Shown: positions 47,661 to 48,396 of the stretch, in pieces
How the letters are laid out: each line of letters opens with the position of its first letter
How positions within the stretch are numbered: the first letter of the stretch is position 1
DNA from: Candidatus Hermodarchaeota archaeon
GTDB taxonomy: Archaea > Asgardarchaeota > Thorarchaeia > Thorarchaeales > Thorarchaeaceae
DNA: 48,396 bases
Direction of reading: 5' to 3'
NCBI GenBank assembly: GCA_048885865.1
Contig: JBHLLF010000022.1
Location: forward strand, 1 to 48,396
The notes under the pieces: generated by a model
Told to the model about the DNA's origin: nothing
The model's input: only the letters and a program-made list of their open reading frames with translations
Database searches by the model: none
Translations under genes and position numbers: made by a program

Positions 47661-47955
47661 CAGATTTGGGCAGTTGTTCTCAGAACTAGTATATCGTGTG
47701 ACCAGCCATATTATATTCTGAACAACAATGGCGTTTACAAAATACAATCGGAATAGAACAAAGAAGAGAATGACTAGAGCAAAGGCTCCGTCAACTGAGG
47801 CTCTAGCCCGTGTTTATTTCGTGAGGTAATCACATGCAGGCCGCTCGTGAAAATGAGCCTTCTGCATTTGGAGGCCTTCTCGCGAGAGCTCGAGTCAAGA
47901 GCAACTTCAATCTGTTTCTTGCATATGTGCTTGCGTTGGAAGCAACGTGAGCACC

Positions 47956-48396
47956 TTACATCCCCTTTCTTCCAGTATGAGAACGTGCCAATCTGAAAAC
48001 AAATCGCCTAAAGCTGCGAGACGTATCACCCCAATTCCTATGAACAATCGAATTCACTCGCCTGATGCTTAGCTCAAAGCCAGCTTCGGCAAAGGCCATC
48101 TTGATTTGCTTCATATCAACTGAGTTTGCAGTCAGACCGCAATCAAGGGCACTGAGAACATCAAATCCATAGGATGTCATCCAGATTGAATGAAGGAAAG
48201 CAATGCCGCGAAGTGTCTGCACTTCCAACTCCTCAAGTTCAGCCACTCTCTGTTTTGCAATGGAAGGGATTAAGCGTGATGCTCGAGTGTCCTTCATCTT
48301 CTGCACATCAAGGAATAGAGTGGGGCCGCCTCTTTCTATTTGATCAGCTAGAAGTTCAACCACTCGGTCATAGATGCGTTCTTTCGAAGACTCATA
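47956..48396 (-). CDS. C-terminal part of a protein starting beyond the window (hypothetical)
   Basis: Frame open to 48396 (YESSKERIYDRVVELL...GGPTLFLD...IWMTSYGFDVL). From recollection it resembles C-termini of Thorarchaeia LRR proteins; unverified. Confidence 0.7.
   Translation of the reverse strand, partial: YESSKERIYDRVVELLADQIERGGPTLFLDVQKMKDTRASRLIPSIAKQRVAELEELEVQTLRGIAFLHSIWMTSYGFDVLSALDCGLTANSVDMKQIKMAFAEAGFELSIRRVNSIVHRNWGDTSRSFRRFVFRLARSHTGRKGM

Overview
Gene-dense chromosomal window, most likely from an Asgard archaeon (Thorarchaeia-like). This is inferred from gene content: a Rab-like GTPase next to a longin-like gene, a PPP phosphatase, ACD-alpha and giant Ig-repeat membrane proteins. 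I recognised no rRNA, tRNA, CRISPR array or mobile element. Main blocks: (1) 1-10.8 kb, a translationally coupled pair made of a ~2180-aa single-pass protein with ~26 TSP3-like Ca-binding repeats and a >1405-aa secreted FG-GAP/integrin-alpha-like beta-propeller protein that the ORF track misses because it runs off the window. (2) 11-17.3 kb, two divergent paralogous wHTH regulators (one fused to a PAS array) flanking a 22-bp palindrome, followed by an operon of Rab-like GTPase, Zn-ribbon, longin-like and ~15-TM (7+1+7) membrane protein genes. (3) 17.5-27.4 kb, a PIN-helical-OB-like protein, a Rab-fold pseudo-GTPase/LOG/PPP phosphatase operon and a DUF362/UbiA-DPPR synthase/PHP/flippase cluster. 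(4) 27.4-45.1 kb, two tandem paralogous ~2550-aa Ig-like-repeat type I membrane proteins with a conserved ~185-aa cytoplasmic tail, preceded by a membrane-anchored metzincin with a PEF-CTERM-like tail. (5) An ACD-alpha-like gene and small genes. All calls come from motifs read by eye; no database searches were run.
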